A stretch of 64,000 nucleotides of DNA from an uncultured Desulfobacterales bacterium. GTDB lineage: Bacteria > Desulfobacterota > Desulfobacteria > Desulfobacterales > JAUVVS01. The stretch spans positions 14,119 through 78,118 of the forward strand of contig CAZLRK010000001.1 of the NCBI GenBank assembly GCA_964561845.1, given 5' to 3'. This document shows positions 44,913-54,474 of this stretch, piece by piece; the stretch's first letter is position 1, and every line of letters begins with the position of its first letter. The notes below the pieces were generated by a model. It had not been told where the DNA came from. It did no database searches and worked only from the letters and a program-made list of their open reading frames with translations. A program made the translations under genes and the position numbers.

Positions 44913-47864
44913 TTACCATTTAACAGGGATTCGAACCGTGTTCCCGGCCTTATTGTTGAAAAGAAGATATCCATTCTGATTTCCATATAAAAACAAATCT
45001 TTTGTAATCTCCACATCGTGTTTGCAGTAGTCGATAATTTCTCGTATGCGTCCCTGCTTCCACCACCGAAGAGCCTGAAGGCCGTCGGCGCTCTTTTTTG
45101 CCTTAAGAGTTACTTTGGCCAGGTGATCAAGAGACAGCCTGTAGCCGAGGTGGTTGTGTATCTCTTCAAGCATGTCAAGGGTCGGAAGTCTACGAAAGTC
45201 AAAGTCTGAATATCCGGCGAGTACATGATAGTCAAATCTTTTGATGTTGAAACCTATAGTAAGATCAAATTTTCTCATATGCTCAATTAGCATGGGCACC
45301 TGGTCTTCCAGGAATTCAAAGAATGTATCTTCCTTTGAATCATAAAGAACTGCACAACTTATGCCCATCAAATCGGCTCTATGCCATCCTCCGACTTCTT
45401 GAGCGGAACGTTGAGTTTCCAAATCAAAGACACCGAAATGAGTGTTTTGCAAATCGGTTTTTATGGTTGGTCCATGAGATGTTTCTGAAGTACGATTCTT
45501 TTTAGTTGATTGCCCCATCCGATTGCTCCTTTTAGAAACAAAAACATTGCCCCTCTCTTTAACTGTTTTTGAATGTACAGTGCTTTTCTGAATTCTGCGT
45601 GGCTTGGGGGCATCTTGTAATCTATTAAGGATAAAGATGGCGGCAGCCTTGTCAATTGGCCTGTTCCCGGAACCGCATTTTGGTGAATGTACGCAAGAGG
45701 GGCACCCGGATTCACAGGGACATTTTATAATAGTCTTTATGGTATATTGGAGAAGTTCTTCTGAACGGTTGAAAGCCTGTCTGCTTAATCCTGCACCGCC
45801 CGGGACTCCATCGTATATAAATACCGCAGCACAGCCAACCTGATTATGAAATGGTGTTGAAATACCGCCAAGGTCGTTTCTGTCTGTCATCACCAGAAGC
45901 GGAAAGATACCGATGGCGGCATGTTCAAGGGCGTGAATCCCACCCATGAAATGCAAATACTCCGAAACAGTCTCTTCCTGTATTTTTAAGGGGATTTTAA
46001 ACCAGAGGCCTTCGGTTTCAAAGGTTTGTGGCGGAAGATTTAAAGGGATTATGTTTAACCTTTTTTTTGCATGAATATTCCATTTTTCGTATCCGGTAAT
46101 CTGTTCGGTTACTTTAAGCTGTCCAATATAAACCGATGTTCCCCAAACATCCTTTTTGTCAAATATTTTCAGAATATCTGTATTTTTATCGGACCTTACT
46201 CTTGTATAATAGTCAACCTTTGCCTTTGAAACCTTTACTGTCATTGTGTCTAAATCGAGATTGTTAACAAGATAAGTATCTCCCTTATGAAGATATATTG
46301 CGCCGGGATGCGTCTCTTTAAAGGCTCTGAAGCCGTCTATCTCGCCTTTACTCTCTCCTGTTTTGCCTGATACAATGTTAAATCTGTTGCCGGTTCCCCT
46401 CAGATTAATATAACGATGGGGAAATTTTCTGGAGGAGTAGAATTCTTTTCCCTCGGCGCTCTTTAAGAGTTCGCCTTTTTTCACAAGCTTTGAAATACTT
46501 TCTTGAACAGGTTTTTCGGATAAAAATTTCTCGTCATTTTTTAAAGGAAGCTCTGCAGCGGCACATACAATATGTCTTTCAAGAATTTGAGGATTATAGG
46601 GATTTATTACTGCGGCTTCCGGCTCCCTGTTTATAAATTCTTTTGGATTGTGCATAAAATATTGATCAAGGGCATCTTCGCCGGCTATAAGCACAAGCGC
46701 GGAATCCTGACCGCTACGTCCTACCCTGCCACCTCTTTGCCATGTGGCGACAACTGATCCTGGATAACCAACAAGGATGCAGAGGTCCAGATCTCCGATA
46801 TCGATACCGAGTTCAAGGGCGCTGGTGGAAATAACCGCCAAAAGATCTCCTTTTGTCAGCTTTTTTTCTATCTCTCTACGCTCTTCAGGAAGAAATCCCG
46901 CACGATATGCACTGATTAGGCCTGCAAAACGTCCTGATTGGCTTCCGGCCCAGATGGCAATAAGTTCGGTAAGTTTGCGAGACTGAGTGTATACAATAGT
47001 ACGTAATTCTCTATGAAGCGCGGCTTTCAATAGAAGTATAGCTGCCCGGGCAGGGCCTTCAATGGGGTTAATAAAGAGAATATTGCGTTTTCCAAAAGGA
47101 GCGCCGCTTTTTGTTATTGTTTTAGCTTTGAGTCCTGTAAGCTGTTCTGTAAGTTGAGCGGGATTAGAAACTGTGGCGGAACTAAAAATGAATGTTGGCG
47201 AGACACCGTAAAAAGAGCATATCCTTTGAAAGCGTCTGAAAACCAGGGCCATGTTAGACCCCATGACACCGCGGTATGTATGGACTTCATCCACAACCAC
47301 AATGTCAAGGCCGGAAAAAAAAGAAGCCCATTTTTCATGATACGGCAGGAGTGAAAGATGAATCATTTCAGGATTTGTTAAAAGGACGTTGGGGGGCATT
47401 TCTCGAATACGTTTACGATGCCAGGCTGAAGTGTCACCGTCATAAATAGCGGCCGTGGGCATTATTTGAGAGCTGTTTGCGGCCATATCCTCAAAAGCTC
47501 GTAGTTGATCCTGGGCAAGAGCCTTTAAAGGAAAAATATAAAGAGCCTTTGAACCGGGATTTTTTAATATATTTTCAAGAACCGGGAGAGTATAGATGAG
47601 GGTCTTGCCGCTTGCAGTAGGGGTTGCAACAACCACATGCCGGCCTTTTCTAATATGATCAATTGACTGGAACTGGTGGCTGTACAGTTTTTGAATACCT
47701 GATGCATATATGATCTTTTTTATCTCTTCAGGCCATGAATTTTCCGGTTCTTTCCACGAAGCAGGGATCTCAGGAAACACTTCATGATAAACTACCTCTT
47801 TTCCCGGGCGTTTTGAAGAGATCAAGGATTGCAAATATTCGCTTATTTTGGATATTTTTTTCAT
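44913..47864 (-). CDS. MrfA/YprA-like DEXH helicase with a DUF1998 zinc domain, fused to a C-terminal DEDD-type (RNase H-like) exonuclease domain
   Basis: 983 aa. Helicase motifs (ATPTASGKT, DEVHTYRG, GRVGRSG). Four-Cys DUF1998 signature (CPCESGCPSCVHSPKCGSGN). The C-terminal roughly 200 aa carry exonuclease motifs FDLET, GFNIKRFDY and CKHDVE. Confidence 0.75.
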   Translation of the reverse strand: MKKISKISEYLQSLISSKRPGKEVVYHEVFPEIPASWKEPENSWPEEIKKIIYASGIQKLYSHQFQSIDHIRKGRHVVVATPTASGKTLIYTLPVLENILKNPGSKALYIFPLKALAQDQLRAFEDMAANSSQIMPTAAIYDGDTSAWHRKRIREMPPNVLLTNPEMIHLSLLPYHEKWASFFSGLDIVVVDEVHTYRGVMGSNMALVFRRFQRICSFYGVSPTFIFSSATVSNPAQLTEQLTGLKAKTITKSGAPFGKRNILFINPIEGPARAAILLLKAALHRELRTIVYTQSRKLTELIAIWAGSQSGRFAGLISAYRAGFLPEERREIEKKLTKGDLLAVISTSALELGIDIGDLDLCILVGYPGSVVATWQRGGRVGRSGQDSALVLIAGEDALDQYFMHNPKEFINREPEAAVINPYNPQILERHIVCAAAELPLKNDEKFLSEKPVQESISKLVKKGELLKSAEGKEFYSSRKFPHRYINLRGTGNRFNIVSGKTGESKGEIDGFRAFKETHPGAIYLHKGDTYLVNNLDLDTMTVKVSKAKVDYYTRVRSDKNTDILKIFDKKDVWGTSVYIGQLKVTEQITGYEKWNIHAKKRLNIIPLNLPPQTFETEGLWFKIPLKIQEETVSEYLHFMGGIHALEHAAIGIFPLLVMTDRNDLGGISTPFHNQVGCAAVFIYDGVPGGAGLSRQAFNRSEELLQYTIKTIIKCPCESGCPSCVHSPKCGSGNRPIDKAAAIFILNRLQDAPKPRRIQKSTVHSKTVKERGNVFVSKRSNRMGQSTKKNRTSETSHGPTIKTDLQNTHFGVFDLETQRSAQEVGGWHRADLMGISCAVLYDSKEDTFFEFLEDQVPMLIEHMRKFDLTIGFNIKRFDYHVLAGYSDFDFRRLPTLDMLEEIHNHLGYRLSLDHLAKVTLKAKKSADGLQALRWWKQGRIREIIDYCKHDVEITKDLFLYGNQNGYLLFNNKAGNTVRIPVKW

Positions 47865-48344
47865 AAATATCTGGCCACTAAGCCACTAAGACACAAAGAA
47901 AATATAAATATAAAGTATATAACATTATCTGAGGAAGAAAAGCACATAGTAAGATAAATAAATGATTATATAATCTTGATATTTTAGTGCTTTTGTGGCC
48001 TTGCACTTAAAAGGTTTGTAAAAAGTCTAATTTTTAGCTTTTATAAAGCTCTTATGCTTATTTTACTTGAAAATAAAATTATTTGCGCTATAATATATGT
48101 AGTAAATTACTTTTACACCATATATTTCCTTTTTCAAGAGGTACTGGTAAATTTTGGATGATCCGTTTTTATTCAAGGTAATCTCAATTTTTTTATTCCT
48201 TTTAATTTCAAGTCTTTTTCCGGTTCGGGAACGATTTCATATCCGATTTTCTGCATTCAATTTTAACATATCAAAAGGGCCCTGTTTGTTAAACGGGTTT
48301 CTTTTGTGTTTAGTATATTTTAACCACGAAGTTTACAAAGAGAT

Positions 48345-48486
48345 GAGACCTTTGGAAAATGCTCAATTTTGTTCAAGTTCAAGGCGGGCGAAAATTTTAA
48401 CCACAGGCATACATTGAGTATTTCGAGGATTAAAATTTTAGCCTAACACAGAAATTGGGCAAAAGGGAGCGTTTTGCAAAGGTCTC
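48345..48486 (+). repeat. family-B MITE-like element (GAGACCTTTG ... CAAAGGTCTC termini), copy 1
   Basis: 142 bp, near-identical to 51664-51805 and to the reverse complement of 61215-61355. It has 10-bp terminal inverted repeats. Confidence 0.75.
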
Positions 48487-48519
48487 AAAAAGAAATGATG
48501 AAAACCGAGGATAACAACA

Positions 48520-49860
48520 GTGGATTACGTATTATGGCTTGAATTAGTCCTGTTTATTATATTGATGGGACTATCAGGCTTTTTTTCCAGCTCCGAAACC
48601 GCACTATTTTCTCTTAGCAAATTGCAAATGGAACAGATGCGGCAGGACAATCACCCCCGCGTCGGTCTTATTGAGCGCATGATTGAAAAGCCACGCCGGC
48701 TTATCATTACAATCCTCATCGGCAATGAACTGGTCAATGTTGCCGCATCCGTTATCTCAGCCTCCGTTGTTATTCGAATACTAGGCGCCGAAAACAAATG
48801 GATAAACCTTTTTATTATGGTTCCCATACTGTTATTGGTGGGAGAGATCACTCCCAAAACTTTGGCTATACGTAACAATATTGCCTTTGCCGGCTTTGAA
48901 AGCCGTCCCATTGAAATCTTTGCCCGTTTTATAAAACCAGTGAGATGGCTGATACGGAAAGTGGCGGACTTGTTTATCACATTAATCATCGGCAAGGAAC
49001 GTTCCCATGGCAATATTATCACCGAAGATATGGTACGCACTCTGGCGCATGATGCGGTTGGGGAAGGCACTTTAGACCGTAATGAGGCACAGTTCATCGA
49101 ACACATTTTTGATTTTGGAAATAAGACCCTGCAAGATGTGATGACACCGCGTTCATATATCTTTTTTCTTTCCATGGATACGCCTTTGCCGGAAATGATT
49201 GCCGAATTAAGAAGAACCCGTCACACAAAGGCGCCAATATATCAAGGGAAAAGGGACAACATTGTCGGAATACTGCATGTGAGGGATTTGCTTGGCATTG
49301 ATATGGAAGAATTGTTAAAGAATCAAAAGAAATTTAAAGAGTTGCTTCGGGAACCTTATTTCGTGCCGGAATCAAAGTCAGCGGCAGAACTGTTTCATAC
49401 CTTTCGTGAGCGCAAACTATCCATTGCCCTGACCGTAGATGAGTACGGTGGTGTTACAGGTCTGGTCACCATGGAGGATTTGCTGGAGTGCATTTTCGGA
49501 GACATCCATAGTCCGTCTGACGTGTATCGCCAGGCTGATATAAAGGAACTCAGGGACGGCCGCTATACAATAGATGGAGCGATGCCCATATCGGACTTTA
49601 ACCAGGAAATCGGTAGTAATTTGTCCGAAGAATTTGCTGAAACCATAGGCGGATTGTTGCTGCATGAATACGGCGAATTACCGCCAAAGGATACTATTAT
49701 CGAGCTTGACGAATTGCGTTTTACAGTGGAGGAAGTGGAAGATAACCGCATTAAGAAGGTACGATTAGAAAAAGATGATTCTATTAAATCTGTTAAAGAC
49801 CAGAGCAATAGGAATGAAGAAACCTCGACCATCGATTCCGGAGATGGGAGGGAAAAGTAG
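48520..49860 (+). CDS. CNNM/CorC-family (DUF21-CBS-CorC_HlyC) membrane protein
   Basis: 446 aa. N-terminal TM region with a SSSETALFSL motif, a CBS pair and a C-terminal CorC/HlyC transporter-associated domain. Confidence 0.8.
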   Translation: MDYVLWLELVLFIILMGLSGFFSSSETALFSLSKLQMEQMRQDNHPRVGLIERMIEKPRRLIITILIGNELVNVAASVISASVVIRILGAENKWINLFIMVPILLLVGEITPKTLAIRNNIAFAGFESRPIEIFARFIKPVRWLIRKVADLFITLIIGKERSHGNIITEDMVRTLAHDAVGEGTLDRNEAQFIEHIFDFGNKTLQDVMTPRSYIFFLSMDTPLPEMIAELRRTRHTKAPIYQGKRDNIVGILHVRDLLGIDMEELLKNQKKFKELLREPYFVPESKSAAELFHTFRERKLSIALTVDEYGGVTGLVTMEDLLECIFGDIHSPSDVYRQADIKELRDGRYTIDGAMPISDFNQEIGSNLSEEFAETIGGLLLHEYGELPPKDTIIELDELRFTVEEVEDNRIKKVRLEKDDSIKSVKDQSNRNEETSTIDSGDGREK

Positions 49861-49863
49861 ATC

Positions 49864-51096
49864 ATGGATATCCTGTGGACTTTAATCATCATGGTGGTCT
49901 GCCTGTTATTAGAAGGATTCTTTTCCGGCTCCGAAATCGGAGTGGTGAGTGCCGACCAAATGAAATTGCGCCACGAAGCTGCCAAAGGGTCCCGTGGCGC
50001 CAAACTCGCGCTGAAAATGCTGGAAAAGCCGGAGTGGCTGCTTTCCACAACATTAGTTGGCACTAACATCTCTGAGGTCACTGTTGCCACTATGGCCACT
50101 GCTTTGATGATACACTTATTTGGTGAGCAAAGCAGTTTGATTACCATTGTGTTGATTATCCCGATAATATGGATCTTTGGGGAAATTGTACCCAAGAGCG
50201 TTTTCCAGCAGCGGGCCGACGTCATCACCCCTCGTGCTATAATATTTCTACGTTTTGCTTCCTACCTGTTCTATCCCATATTGGTTGTATTTACATTCAT
50301 TACCCATTTGTTGACTAAGCTTCTTGGAGGCAAAGGTGAAAATCCCTTTACATTGCGTGAACAGATCATCACCATGTTGCAAATGCCTGCTGAGCATGGG
50401 GATATCCAGCCGGCGGAGAAGAGCATGATTCGCCGTATTTTCAGCTTTTCCGAAACCACGGCACAGGAAGTCATGGTGCCGTTGATCGATATAGCAGGCA
50501 TTGAACGAGGTGCAAGTTGTGGCGAGGCCATTAAAATTGCGATGGAAAAGGCCCATATCCGCTTGCCTGTTTATGATGACAGGGTGGATCAGGTGATTGG
50601 CGTGTTAAACACGTTGCAGCTTTTAGGCGTCGAACCTGAAGAACCTATAAAACCCTATATAAGGCCGGTGAGTTACGTGCCCGGATCTAAAAGTATAGAT
50701 AAACTGTTGCTGGATCTACGCAAGGATGGAGATACAGTGGCGGTCGTTGTTGATGAGTTCGGAGGTGCAGAAGGGCTCGTCACAAGCGAAGATATTATGG
50801 AAGAAGTGGTTGAAGAAATTGAGGATGAGTACGATATTGAAGAAAAGCCGCAACAATGGCTGCGCAAAATATCCGAAAGAGTCTACATCGTCAGCGCCCG
50901 GATAGAGTTGGACAACCTGGAAGAGGAATTAGGCATTGTCCTCCCTGAAGGAGAATATGCGACGTTGGCAGGGTTCCTTTTGGAAAAAGCGCGTGAGATA
51001 CCCCCTGTGGGGACCACCATTAAGGAAAAGGATATTTCCTTCACCATACATCGTTGTACGCCTCAGGCCATCCAAGAAGTTCGTATCAGTTGGTGA
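49864..51096 (+). CDS. CNNM/CorC-family membrane protein, tandem paralog
   Basis: 410 aa with the same architecture (FSGSEIGVVSA, CBS pair, CorC_HlyC). It starts 3 nt after the upstream stop. Confidence 0.8.
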   Translation: MDILWTLIIMVVCLLLEGFFSGSEIGVVSADQMKLRHEAAKGSRGAKLALKMLEKPEWLLSTTLVGTNISEVTVATMATALMIHLFGEQSSLITIVLIIPIIWIFGEIVPKSVFQQRADVITPRAIIFLRFASYLFYPILVVFTFITHLLTKLLGGKGENPFTLREQIITMLQMPAEHGDIQPAEKSMIRRIFSFSETTAQEVMVPLIDIAGIERGASCGEAIKIAMEKAHIRLPVYDDRVDQVIGVLNTLQLLGVEPEEPIKPYIRPVSYVPGSKSIDKLLLDLRKDGDTVAVVVDEFGGAEGLVTSEDIMEEVVEEIEDEYDIEEKPQQWLRKISERVYIVSARIELDNLEEELGIVLPEGEYATLAGFLLEKAREIPPVGTTIKEKDISFTIHRCTPQAIQEVRISW

Positions 51097-51650
51097 TGAT
51101 GAAATTTGACCAGATACTTGAAAAGCGAATATCAGTTAGATCTTACGATTCAAGACCAATAGATAAAAATGATATTTTCATTATTTGTGAGGCCGCCCGC
51201 CTTGCTCCCTCCGCATGTAACAGCCAAACATGGCGCTTTATTGCTGTGACGGACAGACAATCCATAAAAAAAATCTGCCATGAGGCCATGCGCCCTGTTA
51301 TTCCGAATAAGTGGATAGAACAGGCACCTCTGCTTATTATTGGATGCTCCCAGCTTGATATAATTGCAAACCGCATAGGCTCAAAGGTGACAGGAATTGA
51401 ATATTACCAGATAGACCTTGGAATTGCCATGGAGCATATGGTTTTGAAGGCAACAGAACTGGGACTTGGAACGTGCTGGATCGGTTGGTTTAAGGAGGAC
51501 AAGCTAAAAGAGATCCTCGACATACCCAAAAGGATAAAAGTCTCGGCTATGCTGGCAATCGGATACCCAAAAGATGAATCTTCAAAGAAAAGGCACAGAA
51601 AGCCCATCAGCAAAATACTCTTTGCTGAAAAATGGGGAGAATCTTTTTAA
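51096..51650 (+). CDS. nitroreductase-family protein
   Basis: RISVRSYDSRPI ... APSACNSQTWRFIAV is a nitroreductase signature. ATG 51096 overlaps the upstream TGA (TGATG). Confidence 0.75.
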   Translation: MMKFDQILEKRISVRSYDSRPIDKNDIFIICEAARLAPSACNSQTWRFIAVTDRQSIKKICHEAMRPVIPNKWIEQAPLLIIGCSQLDIIANRIGSKVTGIEYYQIDLGIAMEHMVLKATELGLGTCWIGWFKEDKLKEILDIPKRIKVSAMLAIGYPKDESSKKRHRKPISKILFAEKWGESF

Positions 51651-51663
51651 TACTAAATGAAAC

Positions 51664-51805
51664 GAGACCTTTGAAAAATGTTCAATTTTGTTCAAGTTCA
51701 AGGCAGGCTAAAATTTTAACCACAGGCATACATTGAGTATTTCGAGGATTAAAATTTGAGCCTAACACAGAAATTGGGCAAAAGGGGGCGTTTTACAAAG
51801 GTCTC
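51664..51805 (+). repeat. family-B MITE-like element, copy 2
   Basis: See 48345-48486. It supplies the spurious N-terminus MSLTQKLGKRG of ORF 51756. Confidence 0.75.
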
Positions 51806-51824
51806 GAAACAGGAAATAGTAATT

Positions 51825-52910
51825 ATGAACGATGATGCATATCAAAAACTGGCGAAGGTCCTTGATACTCTTCCTAACGGCTTTCCTGCGACTAAAAGCG
51901 GCATAGAAATCAAGCTGCTGAAAAAGATATTCCAACCGGAACAGGCTGATCTTTTTTGTGATTTGAGGCTGGTCTTTGAGACAGTGGATCAGATAGCAGA
52001 GCGTACAGGGCGCCCCCTGAAAGGTCTGGAAAGGAAGTTGACAATCATGTGGAAACGGGGGCAACTTTTCGGAGTCATTATTGGCGGGGTCAAGATGTTT
52101 AAGATGGCGCCCTGGGCGATCGGGATATTTGAATTTCAGCTTCCCCACATGGATCGAGAACTGGCCGAGATGTGTGAAGAATACATGGAAGTTTACGGAC
52201 GACAGTTTTTCGAGAACAAACCTCAGCTCATGCAGGTGATCCCCATAGAAAAAGAGATTCAAGCCAGACAAGAGGCTTTAACTTATGAGAAGGTTTCAAA
52301 CATTATCGAAAACGGCCAATCATTTTTTTTACAAGAATGCATTTGTAAGAAAGAGCAAGGGTTTTTGGGTAACACCTGTGAAAAGTCCCTGAATGTCTGT
52401 TTGGGCATTGCCCCGGTGCCTAGGGTTTTTAAAGACTCAAAAGTGGGCCACACCATCTCTAAGGAGGAGGCATATGAAGCACTTCGCAAGTCGGAAGAAG
52501 AAGGTCTGGTCCACCTGACCTGGAATGTTCAGAAAGACCATTTCTTTATTTGTAATTGTTGCGGATGCTGCTGTGAAGTATTGAGGGGGATCAATGATTT
52601 GGGGATCCCAGCGTCTAAGGTCGTAAATTCATACTATTATGCAAAGATCGATCCTGATGAGTGCGATGCTTGCGGCACCTGTGCTGATGAGCGCTGTCAG
52701 GTGAAGGCAATCGAGGAAGATGAGGATACATACAAGGTTATTAGGGAGCAGTGTATCGGCTGCGGTCTTTGTGTAACCACTTGTCCTTCAGATGCTATAA
52801 AACTTGTACGAAAGCAACCGGAAGAGTTGGTTGATCCTCCAAAAGATGAAATGGCCTGGTTCGAGGAACGTGGACGTATGCGTGGGGTAGATTTTAGCGC
52901 CTATAAATAG
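51825..52910 (+). CDS. 4Fe-4S dicluster domain-containing protein
   Basis: C-terminal CDACGTCADERC and CIGCGLCVTTCP motifs plus a CNCCGCCCE cysteine cluster. Start moved to ATG 51825 (RBS AGGAAA) to exclude the MITE. Confidence 0.7.
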   Translation: MNDDAYQKLAKVLDTLPNGFPATKSGIEIKLLKKIFQPEQADLFCDLRLVFETVDQIAERTGRPLKGLERKLTIMWKRGQLFGVIIGGVKMFKMAPWAIGIFEFQLPHMDRELAEMCEEYMEVYGRQFFENKPQLMQVIPIEKEIQARQEALTYEKVSNIIENGQSFFLQECICKKEQGFLGNTCEKSLNVCLGIAPVPRVFKDSKVGHTISKEEAYEALRKSEEEGLVHLTWNVQKDHFFICNCCGCCCEVLRGINDLGIPASKVVNSYYYAKIDPDECDACGTCADERCQVKAIEEDEDTYKVIREQCIGCGLCVTTCPSDAIKLVRKQPEELVDPPKDEMAWFEERGRMRGVDFSAYK

Positions 52911-53043
52911 CTTTTTTTTATTCGTAACCGAAAGGAATAAGTAATGAATATACGTTCACGAGCACGAGCACGTGTACGTATACGATCACGGGGGAAGTGA
53001 ATGTATTTAATGCCCTTTTAGGGCTATAATCAAGCCAGTAGCT

Positions 53044-53223
53044 ATGTTGGCGGTAATGGGTAATATGAGCGATAAAACTAAATATACATGTTATGAATAT
53101 AGAGAAGAAATGATTCTTTTAGGTTTAAGAAAACGTTTAAACTCTGAAAACTTAAATGAAGAAGAAAAAGAGGCTTTATTAAAGGAAATTGAAGAATTTG
53201 AGGAAAAAATGGGTATGAATTAA
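53044..53223 (+). CDS. small hypothetical protein (52-59 aa), glutamate-rich helical
   Basis: Not in the ORF track (under 60 aa). In-frame ATGs at 53044, 53056 and 53065. Sequence ...SDKTKYTCYEYREEMILLGLRKRLNSENLNEEEKEALLKEIEEFEEKMGMN. It resembles small conserved ORFs I have seen in related genomes (weak). Confidence 0.3.
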   Translation: MLAVMGNMSDKTKYTCYEYREEMILLGLRKRLNSENLNEEEKEALLKEIEEFEEKMGMN

Positions 53224-53252
53224 GCATTATCACTCAATTGAGATACAATGAA

Positions 53253-53289
53253 GAGACCTTTAATAAAGGGGACGTTTTTCAAAGGTCTC
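53253..53289. repeat. miniature hairpin sharing family-B termini (GAGACCTTT...AAAGGTCTC)
   Basis: GAGACCTTTAATAAAGGGGACGTTTTTCAAAGGTCTC has the same terminal inverted repeats as the 142-bp elements but lacks their core. Confidence 0.6.
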
Positions 53290-53301
53290 ACGGAGGTGTT
53301 T

Positions 53302-54405
53302 ATGAGTTCAATGAAAGTTGCCGTAATGGGAGGGGGAAACGGTTCTCATACAATAGCAGCGGATCTCACCCTTAAAGGCTTGAAGGTTAACATGTTTGAG
53401 ATGGAGCAGTTTGCGGATCGTATGAAGAAAGTATTCGAAACCCGCGAAATTGAAATGTCAGGAAAAGCCGGGACGGGAACTGCAAAATTGAATATTGTGA
53501 CAACCGATATTCGTGAAGCCGTTGAGGATGTCAAAGTTGTCTTTATTCCTCTTCCGGGATTTACTGTCGCCGCATATGCCAAGCTTCTGGCTCCTCACCT
53601 AACTGAAGACCAGATCGTTGTGATAATGCCCGGCACTCTTGCCGCTCTTGAGTTTCGAGAAACCCTCCGATCAAATGGAAATAATAAGAATGTAATTATC
53701 GGTGAAACAGGAGGACTCCCTTTTGCAACCCGTCTGATCGCCCCGGGGAGAGTAAAGACGTTTCATATTAGATCGGTTTGCGGTCTTGCCACTATTCCCG
53801 GGAATGAGGGCAGCAAAGTGTATAGCAAAATAAAGGATTTATATTCCTTTGACCTTAAAAGGACGGTGGTTGAAACAGGACTTGGTCATCTGACCCCTCT
53901 TCTTCATCCTGCGGGTGCTTTGCTAAATGCCGGGCGCATCGAGAGATCCCATGGAGAATTCTACATGTACGAGGAGGGAATGACCCCTTCTGTTGTAAGG
54001 GTTATGGAGTCTCTGGACAGGGAACGATTGGAAATCGGAGAAAAACTGGGGATCAAATTGCCCTCAGGCGTGGACATGATGGTTGAATCCGGCTACGGTC
54101 CCAGAGGGACCCTTTGGGAATCATTAAATGGAAGCGCTGGACTTACACCGGTCAAAGGGCCGGACTCCCTGGAGAATCGATATGTGACCGAAGATATTCC
54201 ATTTGGGCTTGTGGCATGGGCTGCCTTAGGCGATGCAACCGGAGTCGACACTCCGGTTATGGATGCATTTATCGAGATTGGAAGTGCTATTATGGGTAAG
54301 AATTGTCGGGCGAATGGAAGAAATCTTGAGAAGATGGGATTAGATGGGCTCAATATGGATCAGATAAAGGTTTATCTGGAAAAGGGGGAACGGCCTGGAG
54401 ATTGA
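53302..54405 (+). CDS. NAD/NADP-dependent octopine/nopaline (opine) dehydrogenase-family protein
   Basis: N-terminal Rossmann motif KVAVMGGGNGSH and a C-terminal opine-DH-like region (RYVTEDIPFGL). ATG 53302 follows GGAGG. Confidence 0.65.
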   Translation: MSSMKVAVMGGGNGSHTIAADLTLKGLKVNMFEMEQFADRMKKVFETREIEMSGKAGTGTAKLNIVTTDIREAVEDVKVVFIPLPGFTVAAYAKLLAPHLTEDQIVVIMPGTLAALEFRETLRSNGNNKNVIIGETGGLPFATRLIAPGRVKTFHIRSVCGLATIPGNEGSKVYSKIKDLYSFDLKRTVVETGLGHLTPLLHPAGALLNAGRIERSHGEFYMYEEGMTPSVVRVMESLDRERLEIGEKLGIKLPSGVDMMVESGYGPRGTLWESLNGSAGLTPVKGPDSLENRYVTEDIPFGLVAWAALGDATGVDTPVMDAFIEIGSAIMGKNCRANGRNLEKMGLDGLNMDQIKVYLEKGERPGD

Positions 54406-54474
54406 AGATTTCAGATAACCGAAAGAAATAGTAGGAATTCGATTACACCTTTTGAAATCATTCTCGTTATCTTA

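Noticed and set aside
48154-48417. 87-aa ORF upstream of the CNNM genes
   Set aside because: It lies in the promoter/MITE region, partly inside family-B copy 1. It has no RBS and a low-complexity hydrophobic N-terminus.
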